Assembly: GCA_002633005.1 (NCBI GenBank)
Contig: NMRA01000151.1
Span: forward strand, 243,613-307,612
Source: Phoronis australis
Lineage: Eukaryota; Animalia; Phoronida
Length of the DNA: 64,000 nt
Direction: 5' to 3'
In this document: positions 39,324 through 53,199 of the stretch, piece by piece
How positions within the stretch are numbered: the first letter of the stretch is position 1
Layout: every line of letters starts with the position of its first letter
The notes under the pieces: model-generated
Databases searched by the model: none
What the model saw: the letters and a program-made list of their open reading frames with translations, nothing else
What the model was told of the DNA's origin: nothing
Translations under genes and position numbers: made by a program

Positions 39324-39571
39324 CAGACAAAAGCTAGGTTTATAAAATATATAGTCTATTCGCCGTTTACCACCCTCAGGTACTAATTGAAAATCCCCAT
39401 TTTCATCGAGTGGGTTCAAAGTGCGGGCAAGCGCCTCATATGTTGGTCGGACTATGTTTGCATTGTTCACATAAAACTGTCTGGAGCGAGGATTGAGCAG
39501 GTGCTGCTTGATGAACTGAGGGTTCCTGCTGCTGTAGAAGTCGTGCATGACCAGCTGGCGCAGTTCTGTGC
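39324..39571 (-). CDS. nSMase mutually exclusive exon variant A (canonical RIDY)
   Basis: (G)TELRQLVMHDFYSSRNPQFIKQHLLNPRSRQFYV...PLDENGD...GGKRRIDYIFYKPSFCL; 248 nt, tggtag and gtaagt boundaries. Confidence 0.9.
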
Positions 39572-40355
39572 CTACCAGTTTGTAGTGAACACGAGTCTGA
39601 GTATTTTCATTAACCTTTATCCAGCTAAAGATATTGTGACAGCGTAAACCGCCACTAGAGCCAAATTACCAAGATCACAGAGACTAACACACAGATATAA
39701 AATCAGGTTGCTTAACGAACAGCTATGAATGCAAGTTGCAAAATGGAAATTGTCAACATTGCAATTTTCCATTTAAAGGTCGATTACATTAAAATTTATG
39801 TCACAACATTGTTTGTTTCATGATACCTGTCTAGGACAAACCGTGATTATAACCAAGTCACGTATTCTGCAATGTCTAAGTTGAGAAAATGAACAATTTA
39901 GAGAAGTTAAATACTTGTTCTCTAAGTTTTGCACTACAGTTTTACTAGTTAATAGTACGTAGCCCGAAAACTAGTGACTAGATGGTTTGGCAACAGTTCA
40001 CACTTCTACAAGTCCAGCTATGAAAATATTTAGAACCTATTAAATTAAATATTCTCGCAGTTCATTTATATTAGAAATCCTAAATAATGCTTCACTTGCA
40101 CGCGCAGGCAATTATCTATTATACAAGCACATCATTCTCTGAAACTGGGTGCCTTACAAGTGACTTTCCCTCAGTCTTTGTACTTTTCATTACAAAACTG
40201 ATTACATAAAATGGAATGCATGTCAACATTTTGTAATCAATAGATAAGTCAATCCTCATTCGCATGCCGTAACAGTTTTTGCTCAAATTCCAGGCCAACA
40301 TCATACAGGCACATGGGCCTTATTATCGTGGTTAGTCATCCCAATAAATACTCAC

Positions 40356-40445
40356 CAACAGTCCAATCATAATCCTCTCCCAGACATTTCCTCCCAAGGT
40401 CAACATAGGAGTCAAAGATGCGGTGGGATGCCGACGCCTTATCAC
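40356..40445 (-). CDS. nSMase coding exon 4
   Basis: (G)DKASASHRIFDSYVDLGRKCLGEDYDWTV(G), homologous to nSMase2 H.LF..Y.DPCR..PG....WAIG; ttcag and gtgagt boundaries. Confidence 0.9.
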
Positions 40446-40839
40446 CTGAAAAAATATACTGAATCAGTTTCTAGGTGAAGGTCCTCTCTCTTCACTAAAG
40501 TGCATTTAACCTCTATTTTTTGTGAACAGACTTCAATGTAACTCCAAATTCAGCTTTAAAAAACATGAATGTCATTACATTAAAAAACAGAACCAGCATT
40601 AGGTGAGAAAAAGTTTGATCAACTTGAATGTGATTATTTACAAACCAAACACGAGCACCACAAGTATTGATATGTTCTCACCTTGTGCAAGGGATGACTT
40701 TAATTTCAATATTCCCATTCAAGGGAGCAATGCCAATAAACTTACAGCAACCTCTAGGGTGCAAAGGAAGTCGGCCATGCTCTCCTCAAATTGTTCACAA
40801 TTGAAATTTCGTCATCATATTTCATGAAGTTTGGCAGAC

Positions 40840-42300
40840 TTGAACAGAGCAATGCAGAGCAAAATGTAGAAACGCGCCACAAAGGGTGTGCTTCTAGGGG
40901 TGTATTTTGTATAATAAAAGTGGTCATTAGATGACTCAGAATACACTGAACCCATCCCAAATGGAAATGTGTGGTTGTCTTTTAAAATCATTTGCCCAAT
41001 TTTAAGAAAACTTGTCAAAGAACTCCCAAAGATACAAAGGCAAACGTAAAACAAGAGCAACGCAAAGCGTTGAAATGCGCCCACAAATGCACCGCTAACA
41101 ATGCGCTTCTAGGGGTGTTCAATGTGGCCACTAGATGGCACAACATACTTCAAATGCATCCAAAAACTTTTATGAGTCATCAACCCTATTTACCACATTA
41201 TATAAAAAATCCATCAAGGAACATCTGGGAAACAGATGAAAATGAAAAAATAAAATTACCACTAAAAGGCTATAGGAGCAAAAAAACATATCTGCCACTG
41301 AGAGGCGCCACACTAGATAAAGTCGTCAGAAAACTATCGCCACACTTCCTCTTCACATTAGAAACAGACATGCCAATTTCCACAATCATTCTTAGACTGG
41401 TTTGATTGACAGAGGGGCACATGCCAAATAACAAGACTCGAAAACAGTAACAAAGAACAATGTGGAGCATTGAAATGCGCCAACAAATGCATCGCAAATG
41501 GTGTGCTTTTAGGGTTACTTATTTGTATCATGATAATGGGCCACTAATGGCGCAAAACATAAAATCCATCCAAAAACGGGAATATGACGTATTTCATAAA
41601 GATCCTGCAGCAGGTTTTGGAGATACAGCTTTGGGTACAAAACAAAACAAAACTACCACTAGGAGGCCTAACAGTATTCAGTCGCCATCATCAAACGTCC
41701 TCTTCACAGTGAAAACATATATGCCAATCTTCAAAACCATCACTACAATGATTTGGTTGATAGAGGAGTTGATGCCAAAAACAAGATTTGAGAACAGCAA
41801 AAATGGCCACTAGGTGGCGCAAAATACCTTGATTCCATCCAAAAACAGGATGTTCCAAAGTTTGATGGTGTTTTTGAGAATAGTGCATAGAGTATAGTAT
41901 GTCAAAGTTTTGTAACAAGGAAATGCAGAAATACTAAGGAAAGCATAAAAAAGTAAAATTACCACTAGGGGGAACAACAGCAATCGGATACGTCTGAAAG
42001 TCACTATTATCCACAATATTGTCACATTCCCAGGAATACGTGAGTCAACTTTAACAAAGATCCGGCAAGAGGTTTAGGAAATACAGCCACGGATGAAAAA
42101 ACAAAACTGCCACAATAGTCACAGCTACCCGAAAGTTATCGTCAGATGTGACCTCCCCATTAGGAAGACGTGCAAATTTTCATGATGATTTTTAGAGTGA
42201 TTTGTTGTATAGTGAGATGAACGCCAAAAATCAGGATTGAAAATAACAAAATGGCCATTAAGTGGCATACAATACGTCGGATACACCCCTGAATGACTGT
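40840..42300 (+). repeat. Copy of the repeat family rich in CTCF-like motifs
   Basis: Homologous to 6555-7612 in reverse orientation; tggccactaggtggcgc at 41804-41820. Confidence 0.75.
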
Positions 42301-42452
42301 ATTGCATTGTGATTTTAGCAAAAACATTCATTTTTATATGGCCAATTCACCGCAGTGTAGAGCTATTTTCTTATAGCTCATTTCACGCCACAGTACATCT
42401 CTCCTGCTGAAAATTGCCTTTAGTTACATGTAGACAACTTTAAGTGACATAC

Positions 42453-42593
42453 CTGGGGACATGTTGTCAAAGTTGAAGTCACCACCCACTACCTCAAAGG
42501 CTACAACATCTTCAGGACAGCCAGTCGACTGTCTGAACTCTGCCATCCAGTTCATGATGTTGTCCAGTTGCTTTGGGATAATGCGTCGTTGGT
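42453..42593 (-). CDS. nSMase coding exon 3 (GDFN motif)
   Basis: QRRIIPKQLDNIMNWMAEFRQSTGCPEDVVAFEVVGGDFNFDNMSP; tttag and gtatgt boundaries. Confidence 0.95.
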
Positions 42594-43875
42594 CTAAAGT
42601 ACAAGCCAAGGCAAACAATTACACTAGGGTCTTCATTAAGAGAATGACCAGAATATCTACAATTGCCAAAGTAGTCAGTGCGGATAGCACAATTGACAGG
42701 TGGTCCAAATATATGTGGATACGATCGTTATTTATTAACAGATCCTCACAACCATGGCCAAGAGACAATTGTAGGGAACACAGAACCTTTTTCTGTGATG
42801 TATGCTAAAAAACTCTCTAAGAGTCTCTACAGAACCTTTAAGGTGAAGGGTATTGGAAAGCTCACAAGCCTGTTGACATTCTCGATTGAATAAATTCAAT
42901 TTATTTTTTATGCGTATATGCTGATTTAGATTGATCTCAACTACGGAACCAGGTTTCATTTTACAAATCACACACCATGGGTCAAACGACCCATGAAAGG
43001 GACTGTGGATGGGTGGAAGCAGAGCAACTTTGAATAAAGATTAATTGCAGGTTCCCAGATGGTTTCAAAATTCTTAACCTTGTTGCGATAGAACCCAAAC
43101 ATTTCCTATAGAATACAAAATAGGCTAGTAAATAGAATGTTAGTAGGGAGACATTGACATATATTTACAACATGAACATTTTTAATGTATACTACATGAC
43201 AAACTAGGACATGGATTTTTGCTTTTCACAAAGTCTGTTTAAACTCTACACTGAAAAACATCGTTGCGCTGATTTGGGAGAATGGCAGAGCAATAGTTGG
43301 GGCACTGGGAGGAAGGTAAGTGGGCTGAAGGTTCACAGAAAAAAAATTGAATCCGTGAACCCGGGGATCTGACTTGGTAACACAACGGTCTCATCACCGG
43401 TGCACGGTGACACTGTAGCAATCATGCTTAAGTCGGGGAACATACAGTTTATTTGTCTAGTGAAACCACGATCAAGCGTGGCAAATGTTTGAGTCTGTGA
43501 TTACGACTGCCACGAAAATCTGCAAGATATACACCAACCATCCACATCGATAACTGTAGACTGCAACATCAGTCCAAATTTATATTCCCCCCCTGATCAT
43601 GTAGAAAAGTGGACTGTAAAAAATGTGAGAATTACAGCCAATGCCACTAAAATCGAGCTGTGCAAAATTTGAGAAATATCATGGCGAATGCCAGGTACAA
43701 CCATGCCCCAGATTTCAGAATCAAAAAATTCAGTTTGGTGTTGGATTTAGGTGTCCGAAATTTGGGAGACTGTCCTAAATTCAGGAATTTTTACCGTAAT
43801 GGATTACCAAATAGTGGTTTACTCACCATGGCCCTGGGGTTATCAAAACTAGCAATGAAAGCGCTCCGAGGAGCG

Positions 43876-44185
43876 ACACTTAGCGAAATTAACACAAAAG
43901 AGGACGATAGAGATGATGACGAAGATAACGAATATGACGATGATGGTGGCGATGATGAAAAATTCAAGTAATGATAACATTCACAAGACGAACATAGAGG
44001 CCAGACATCAGTAAGTATAGGCTTCAGTCTTGAACGACACTTGGCGAAATTAACTGAAAAGACGACGGAGATGATGACGAAGATGACGAATATGATGACA
44101 ATGGTGATGATGCTGAACAACATCATAACATTCGTATGAAGCACTTAGATGTCATAAATCAGCAAGAAATAGGCTACACTCTTGT
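43876..44185. repeat. Two tandem copies of a unit of about 160 bp containing GAT/GAC microsatellite
   Basis: gacactt(a/g)gcgaaattaac...gagatgatgacgaagat starts at about 43876 and about 44037. Confidence 0.65.
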
Positions 44186-47100
44186 TCAATAGAAGCTAAA
44201 TCAACATCAATGCAGCAAGAGCACTCAACAAAGGAACCGCGCTATCAGAAAATCTCGAATAATTCGAAAAGTAGACGTCCTAGCAAAAATGGAAAACATC
44301 TTCTGAAAGCCCGTTCAAAACTCTATCTAAACTGATGGTATCACCTAATTCCGTAAAGTTTTCGAAAAAAAATGAAATTTTGCGTTTTTTTTGAAATTCA
44401 AAGTCATATAACTTGAAAACGGTAAGTCTGACAGAAAAATTGTTACAGGTCATTTGAAAGAATACACCTCAGAGAATCCACATGCAAAAAGTCATCATGT
44501 CTTTTTCTCTTCCCGTTAAAAATGGCACTCGCACAACGGAAAATGGGTTAACATGCCCTTTATCTGCCATTTTGAAAGTAGCTTCTGGTTTTTTGGCTCT
44601 GTATAATAGCATGTCATAAGAAACTAATACCTTCAAAAATTCGAAGGAATTGGCCCAATAATGCACCCTCTACAGGAGAAAATGTTTTTAGGCCAAAATC
44701 GAGGTGCGCATGCGCGATCGCCGATATTTCCGCCATCTTTAACCTGAAGTAAACAATTTCCGGTATATTTGTAGCACACTTCCGGTCCATTTATTGTGCC
44801 GATTCTCAGCCCTGTACGTAAAAAATTGTAACCTCCAGAAGCATTTGAACCCTTAAATGCAAACAAAATGGCCGCTACATCCGCCATCTTGGATTCGATT
44901 ATGACGAAAAACAATAGGTTACGTGTTATGTGTAAATTTCGTGATGATCGGACGAAAACTGCGACCTGTATCGTGCAAACAAAAAAAAAACAACTGGGAC
45001 CCACTTGCATTTCGGCGGTGACCGGAAGAAAGAAAGATAAAGTAAATGTCAATTTGTTACTTAATGGGTTTCATATTCACTACTCTGCACAATTTAGCTT
45101 CATTTTGCAAGCCACAATTTATGTTGACATTTTTGGACCTAAATGACTTGCTAATCAAAATTTCCACGTGGCTGGCATACCCCCGCCGTAACCTGGGTAT
45201 AGAGGGAATCCCTGGCCAAATTTTTGTTAGGTCAACATCAATGAAGTGCCCGTGTGGCTGGTGTACCCACACAGTAACTCCGGTGTAGGGGAATCCTCTG
45301 CCAAAGCTTTTTAGGTCATTATAAAACCCATGTTGGCTGACATCCCTTACAACTTATTAGGTTGGTACATGGCCTTGGAATGTTAATCATTAGTTTCTTT
45401 CTGAAGGCAGATGTCTTTTCTTATAGAACATTATGACAAAGACCTGTGCATAACATGAAAAATAAAAAGTTCGACCCGTGTAATGGTATTTTTATCAACT
45501 GCGGGGGTTGGGAAAAGAGAAAGTATTTGGCTAATAATTTATGAAAATGGGTAAAAGCTTTCAGATGCTTTAGCCATTTTGGCTAATACCTTTAAAAATC
45601 TAGCGTGAGCCTAGAGACTGGCCATAGCATGGGGCCATCAAAACTGTCAGCCACATACAGACAGTATAGATAAACAGCAGTATTACTTCTTGTGATGTAC
45701 TGACGACTTAAAATTCTTATTTTAAATGCTCCTGATAGACTAAAAACGCCTATCCCCTGGTTTTAAACTTTCCAATTTTAAGTACCCCAACAGTTACATG
45801 TCCTGAACACATCCACTACCACAAGAAACTGCAGGAACATAGCATTTATCCACCTTCACTCTTATCAGGCTTCTATTGTGAGTCAGCATGCGTGAATAAT
45901 TGACTGATATTAGCCACCTATGGAACTACTTTTGGCTGAATGGATGAGCAGGCCATAAAATTATAATTAGCCAAGACCAGTTAAATAATGCTGCATGGAA
46001 TAGTTAATACCTTCATGGCAATTTTGAAAGAGTGGACATCTTCTGCTAGTCTTTCGCCAAAAGTGTTAAAAAAACTTGGTTTACCGACCTCTGATTTTCT
46101 GGATTATGCAAACGTTAAAATTCAAATATGCAACATTTTCATTTCCGCCATCATTATGCTATGGAAACAAAAAAAATGGCAACAGTCCGTACAAGCAACA
46201 AAGAATATGTCATAGCATCACCTAGCCTTGGTGGAAAGCTCTATACTGGGCGCTTACAAAAATTCATTTCATGGGGAGGGGATGCTTATTGTAGCCTAAG
46301 AAAGTTTAAACCCAGTTTCCGAAACGGGTAATATAGGAAGCTAGAATTTATGCTCTGTGACTTATTTGTAGCCTATGACAGTCTTTCTACAAAACTGTGG
46401 TGCATTGCTATCAAACTCTGTTGTTAAATTTCGATCATTTTTCAAAAAATTGTGCTGAAATCCCAGGGCGAAAACTTGCCGACTGATACGTCGCTGAATT
46501 GCGATCGTCGATAGGAAAACTTGAATTCTTGAATAAAAATACAGTTTCGATTCAACAAATTACCTGAAATCCTCGGTAAGTTTTACAATTTTTTAAGTTC
46601 ATGTGGAGTCCAGATTAATTGCGATTAAGTCCAAATCTGCGCTATATCGTACCCCACACACAAGAAAAATCTCTGAATGAACACACATGTTGTCACGTAA
46701 CGTTAGTTTTGAAGTTTGTCTGCGTATGAGAGTGAGTGCATGCGCGTGCCGGTCATCAACGACAGACTTTTGTTACAAAAGGCGGAGGATCATGCAAGAA
46801 AATGGCGTTTATTAGATTGTTTTTCACTTAAACGGCTGCAACGTGCAACATGAGTGCCGGTTAACTCACAGATTTTGTGTGCACAGGCCGACGGTCGTTA
46901 GCTCTAACGTGGAGTAAAACATTAATAGTCCTAAGCTCGATCCGGCTACATGTTGGGGACGAGGTGACGAGGTGAACTACCCGGGCTGTGTGAAATTTCC
47001 GAGTCTAAAGGAAACACTGACGCAGTGGTACCTATAGTCAGCCAGCTCATGGTGTCAAGACTATTGTCAAAATCCAAATTCGTTTTATCGTGTCCCTGTC

Positions 47101-47818
47101 AATAATAACAGCATGATAAAGTTTCTTAATGTTAGTACTTCAGGAACGATCCCGTATTTGTATACATACGCGCACGCCGCAGATCACATCTCGGAAATTT
47201 CCAATTTGACGGATGACAACGAATGACCACCATGAAATTAACCAACATCGTTTTACATCTTGTAAGAGCTATAATAAACGTATTTTGAATGTTGCATTGC
47301 ATGTGTTACAAAATCTAAATAACTGGTCCTATATTTTTGTATTCATGCGTGCTGAATGAAAGTTATCTTGAGTGTTGCTGTGTTGCTAAATCTCTTATTC
47401 TAGGCCGATTTGAAAAATTCAAAGTTGTACCAACATTTTTTCTCTCCTCTTTTCAAGTATTACACTCAAAACTACGTAAAACACTCTTCATATAAAGTAC
47501 GGTCATCTAGGCTAGATTCTAATCAGCTGATTGTATCCGCATGAGCGAAGCCAATTATCCTCGCTCGTGACTCAATGAATAGAGCAGCTAGATGAGATCC
47601 CTTTGATTGTGAGCTGAGCGCAACGCAGCCAAGGTGGATAAATATGGTCTAGTTCAACAGGCCAAACCCCACAGTTTTCCCTGATCAGTGGGGTTGTGAC
47701 GTCATCTTGTTTAGTGGGAATGTTCACAGCATGTAACCCGGACAAGTCAGTTAAAACAGCAAGGTAGAGGACAGAGAAAACACTTCTTAACTTATCTTAA
47801 AATCTAGTTAACACTCAC

Positions 47819-47891
47819 TTTCATATGACTGGAGATGAGTGGTTGCTAAGTAACCAACAACATTTCGTTCACTGTGTTTACCAAGTAGCAC
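47819..47891 (-). CDS. nSMase coding exon 2 (THL motif)
   Basis: VLLGKHSERNVVGYLATTHLQSYE; 73 nt, ttgcag and gtgagt boundaries; phase 0 to 1 as required by its neighbours. Confidence 0.92.
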
Positions 47892-48918
47892 CTGCAACAT
47901 CAATTGTTATGCAATTATTAACTTGTGTCAAACTTATATACATCAAAGCAGCACTCACCATTTATAATTACAGGCCAAACTTGCTTATATCAGAAATAGT
48001 GCCTTTTGGATTTATGTTCACTTAATAAGCATTTCATATTAGAGGCGCATGGGCCTATGGTCCAGTTACAGGAGAGATGACCGCGTACAAGTGCACATCT
48101 TCAATAATTATTGTATTTCATTTACATTTTGTGAACGGTAAAATCTCCTCAATTTCCGACAAAAACAAATCCAAAATTGCACCATTTCATTTAAGATCTA
48201 ACATTTTTGTGTACACCCAAAATTTTTCAGACACTTGCTTGTCTGTTTGTAGTTATGGTACAGAACTTAGAAGCAACAAATGAATATTTTGATACTGTAC
48301 ACCATTTATGAAAATGGGCAACACGGAGAGTTGAAATGCACCTAGGACAACACAGCAAACGGTGTGCTTCTATGGGTGTTTTTAGTATCATAAAAATGGC
48401 CATTAGATACCGCAGAATGTGTCAAATCGCTCCGAATTGAGAAGGTGGCACCATCTCTGTAATACACAATTATTTGTCAAATTTCCTGAAAATATGCCAA
48501 GGAACTCCTCAGGTGTAGAGGCAAACATAAAATTGACACCAGGGGGCAGAGTCACAGTCTGACTGATCTGAAACTCATCTGTTGCCATCCTTATTAGAAC
48601 CCATTTGCTAAATTTTGCAAAGATCTTTTGACGGGTTAAGGAGATACAGCCCATAGATGCAAAATGGCAATGAGGTGGCACAGTAACTCAAAATGGGAAG
48701 GCGTTGTCGCCCTCTTAACAGAAAGTTATCAACCAAATTTCATGTAAATCAAATGAATTCCGAAGATACAAAGGCAAACGTAAAAAACATTTTGCCCCTA
48801 GGGGCATAGTGGTACTTGGATCAGAGGCGACACAGTAATCGGACCCTTCCAAAAGTCAATGTCAGTCACAGTCTTCTCATCAGGAACACATCAGTAAAAC
48901 TTCATAATGATTCTTTAA

Positions 48919-49826
48919 AGGAAAATGCCACCCGCTATAATTAGTTTTATTTACCGTCTTAATCGGTCTATATCCACATCACCACGTATATGGTCGATCT
49001 TACTACGCCGAGGCATCGCGTTAACCTGTGAGGAAGGTGAGCAAATGATGAAGTGACGTCAGTGGTTCTTCTGTAGAGTTAGTGTCGGTATGTGGGAACT
49101 ATAAAGCAGTGAGGAAAGCGGTACATCATTTTTTCGATTTCCTCGAGAGCCCAAAATGCTTCGGAAGTGGCTCGCAGCAGTTAAGAATGAAGAGTACACC
49201 GTTAATACCAAGTATAAGGCCATAAAACACCTCCATGTCTGTAGCTGGCATTTCGTTGACAGTGATTTCACTGAGAAAAAACGCCCCAAACAGCCCATGC
49301 CAGGGCAGAAAAAGAGATTGATGAGCACTCATAAAAGTCGGGATTGCAAGTTGCCATGTTGATGCTTATTGTTGTGAGTTCAGTTTCAAAATGAATTATT
49401 GTCACCCTAACCAATGCTTATATAAAACTAAAACAAGTGTCAAAGAATGTCTCATTAGAGACAATTTGTACTGCCTTTGGAGTGTTCGTGAGTGCAAATG
49501 TTTTGAGAAGCCAGCAATGAATAAACCACTGCTTTACTGACTTCACATACAACAAAGCTAAAGACTGGGCAAGGAGGCCATGGGACATGCTAATTCAGCG
49601 TTTGCTAACAGAAAGGAGTTATAGTGAATAATAACTCGATTTTATATGTTATGATGAGATATTAGGGGATCTATACAATGCATATACAATTTATTCAAAT
49701 CATTGTTACTGTACAACATTTGCCCTAACGGTTCTGTGGAAGGGGAACCTGACTTTGCGTTCGCGGTGCCCGACAAGTAAGTAGAGTTGCAGTTTTGTGC
49801 CTAATTCACCAAAATAATCATGTGCA
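48919..49826 (+). mobile_element. Kolobok-like relic with a THAP domain; inverted related copy at about 60030-60385
   Basis: TTAA|aggaaaatgccacccg terminus. 49125-49270 reads SFFRFPREPKMLRKWLAAV...LHVCSWHFVDSDF, the THAP FP..W..C..HF signature. Confidence 0.7.
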
Positions 49827-49835
49827 CATTATTTC

Positions 49836-50611
49836 GGATTGTTCTGAAACCCCCTCAACCCCTAAACCCCTTGACCCACGACCCCCTCAACTCACAACCA
49901 CCTTGACCCACGACCTGTGGCAATAGAGGTATTTGTGTGCATTTGACATATTTCATAATCTTATTACGTCGCTGAATGATTTTTTTTCATAAGACATACC
50001 TACACACAAGTCAGCCCTGGCTAAAGTCTGGTGATTAAAAACAGAAAGGGCATGAGATCGTGGTCTTGAATAGCCTATTGTGAGAGCGCTATCATTGTCA
50101 ACATAGACTATAGTCTGTAATCTATGTTGTCACGGAAATAGGTCTATGAGCTGCTACCAATGGCTTAGTTCTACTAAAATTAGGGAGAGAGTACATTAAT
50201 GTGAATGTACATATTAATTTCATATTTTCATATGTTGTATACTCTTTTACAATATACTCCATATAACGTTGAAATACATTTTAGTTAACAGTTTGTTTTT
50301 TTCAAACTGTATTTACTGATGAAATTATAGTTTTGTTGGCAATTCCTCGTACTCTCTGCAAAAAACGTCAAATCCGCCATTCACCGAAGAGCAGACGAGA
50401 CGATTACACTCTGTCAGAACAACACTTGTAACATTGGTAGGTCTAACATTCGATTTGGGCGCATTCATTGGACCTACAAGTGAGGCTTGTTCAATGTTCA
50501 GATTGAGTCGAGCTTATGTGGACTGGGTCAAAGGGGTTGTGGAGGTTGTGGGTTGAAGTTCTGGGTAGAGGGACGAGGGGTGTGGGTGTTGACGGCATTT
50601 CAGAACAATCC
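49836..50611. mobile_element. Mutator-like MITE with C-rich/G-rich subterminal repeats
   Basis: TIR ggattgttctgaaa / tttcagaacaatcc with a perfect 9-bp TSD cattatttc (49827-49835 and 50612-50620). Confidence 0.85.
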
Positions 50612-52236
50612 CATTATTTCTTTGGCTCACTAGTAGTCTTTTTGTGACTGGAAGTTTAGTTTCCAACTTTGGCTGGTTTATGTTCATGTCTTTAGTCCGG
50701 CCATGGCGGGCCTGATCAGGTTCTGAGCCACTGGCCAGGGTAACAAGCGTTTCGTGTGTTAAAAACTGAAAAAATCACCGAACAGTCCCCAAACTCTCTC
50801 GACCGATCTTGGTAAATTGGCCTACCGAACTTTGTAGGCTACGGTATGTTCACATACCTATAAATCTTGATGAATTCAAACAATGAGCTGACACCAGTAA
50901 GCGAGTTGTGAACTTCTGAGCAGACTGTGTTCGAACCTGTGACCTCATTGGTTAATTTCAACACCTCCGACTGCCGTAAGGTAAAAGAACTGAACTTGGT
51001 GTTATCGAGTAGAACTACTCGATCTAAACTGATACAAAATAGGTTGTTTTTTGGCTGGCATTCTCCTTTAGGTGGTATGGCAAAAACAGGCAGAAACCAG
51101 AAAATGGATGCAAAACAACAAAAATGGCGACCAGGTGGAGCAAAAAAACGACAAATCTGGTTAAAAATGGGAAGGAGTTGTCGTCTCCATAATAGAAAAC
51201 TGTTTACCGAATTTCATCAAAATTCATTAAATGATCTCTAAAGATATAGAGGTAACAACAATACAAAACATTTTGTCACTATGCGGCATACTGTGGTATT
51301 GGGCTCAGTTCGACACTTGTTAAGGAGATTTGGCCGCAAACGCAAAAAAAAAACAAAATCGCCACTAAGCACTGACACAGTAATCAGGCGCACAAAAATC
51401 TATTAAAAAATAAAGGAACTTCAGAGAAACAGAGGAAAACCGAATAAAATGAAATGGCTGCGAGGGGGCGCAGCATGCTTCGGATGCATCTGAATGTCGC
51501 CATCGTTCAATGTCAACTTCATAATGTACATAATTGCTAAATTTAATATACATCTTGCAGTGGGTTTAGGAGATACAATTATAGGTGCAAAAAACTGTCA
51601 CTAGGAGGTGCCACAGTAGTCGAAGTCGTCAATGTCAACCTTACTCTTCAGAGGACACGGACTGCAGCAAGGTAAATGTAAAAGAACTAAAATTGCCACT
51701 AGGGGACACACCAGTAGTTAGATCTGTCTGAAAGGTGTCATCGGCCATTGTCAACTTCGTATAAATACCCTTATTAAATTTAAATTAGTAAAGATCCTGC
51801 ACAGTGTTTAGGAGACAAAGCCATGGGCGCAAAAACAAAACTGCAACTAGGAGGTGCCTCAGTAGTTAAAGTCATCAGAAAATCATCGTCAGCTGCCCTC
51901 TTCATAGTAAGAACATAAATGTCAATTTTCACAATCACCTTTACAGAGGTTTGGTTGATAGATGGGCAGACTCAAAAAGCAGTAACAATGGTCACTAGGT
52001 TGCGCAAAATAATTTGAATCTGTCTGAAAATGGGAGGATAGCGTCATCTTATGATTAGATGCCTATATGCTACATTTTATGAAAATTCGTTGTGAACCTT
52101 TGAAGATAGAGGTAAACGTAAAAAACTTAAATTGCCAATAGGGGGCACAACAGTAGTCGGACATGTCTGCAAATTTCTACATGCTGTCCCATCCATGAAA
52201 GTAACATACAATCAAAATTTCATGAACATACATTAA

Positions 52237-53199
52237 ACAGTATACACCATGGATTTTTGCACATTTCGAATTACCGGTGGCCACAGACTAAATGTATGAC
52301 GTAAAAATAAGCCAAATCCATGATTATTTTGTGTCATTAGCTCGAAATTTTGATTTCTCTTTCAATTTTGCCAATTTTCACATTTCCCGCCATGTGACAT
52401 CATGGGTTGAACACAAGAGATCAGCAACTAGCATTGAACAACGGCGGAGAGTAGGGAATTTGAAAGCGACAACGATTATGAGCAAGAAATGAACAAATAC
52501 TGTGAAGAAACGTATGATAATGGTGGCCAGGATGACGAAATGGGGTTGCACGAAAGCGAGAACGAGTTTGATATGTTTTCAGCTGCGTACTTTTATACTT
52601 TGAGGCCTTACGAACTGGATCCTCACGCGAGAGAAGCGGCCTCGGGCTCGGCCAGTCAACCCAGTCATCCAACAGACGATCCTGAATAAAGAGCCGATGT
52701 TTCTGAATAGTAAATATTGTCCTTTATTGAACCAGGCCTTCATCGTAACATCTCCTCTGATTGGAGTCGAAACACGACTACTCACAGTGGGCAGAACACA
52801 GAGTGGCCCCGGACAGAATCGCTTGGTCCACGCTGAGGTCCCACACTCTCGTTCGGCGCACGAAGCGATGCCACTGTACTGCGCAACTTTGGCGTCCTTC
52901 GGAACACCGAGACGTTCTCCGTCTGACTGCTGTTGCTGCAGCCTCTGCAAACACATCTTGTCATCCCTCTACGAACCTTCTCGACGCTAAATATACTTTA
53001 TTTTCACTTCACTCTATACACTTAGTTGCTGATCCAAACAGTGTGTCGAACGACTTGGGTTCAACCCATGACGTTGCACATAATTATTTTTTTCAATTTG
53101 TACGTGTTTCTTTATGAGCTGTGCACTAAAGGCACTGAAATCAAGTTAGATATAATAATAAAATTTATTTTGAGGTACTAGAGTCATGTTGCGTACAAC
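52237..53199. mobile_element. Internally deleted Kolobok-like element nested in the CTCF-motif repeat
   Basis: TTAA on both sides interrupts the host repeat. Subterminal inverted catgggttgaac / gttcaacccatg. Decayed THAP on the minus strand (MTRCVCRGCSN...TLCSAH..SCFD). Confidence 0.65.

Noticed and set aside
43660-44144. Acidic and Ser-rich ORFs
   Set aside because: They derive from the GAT/GAC microsatellite in a tandem duplication.
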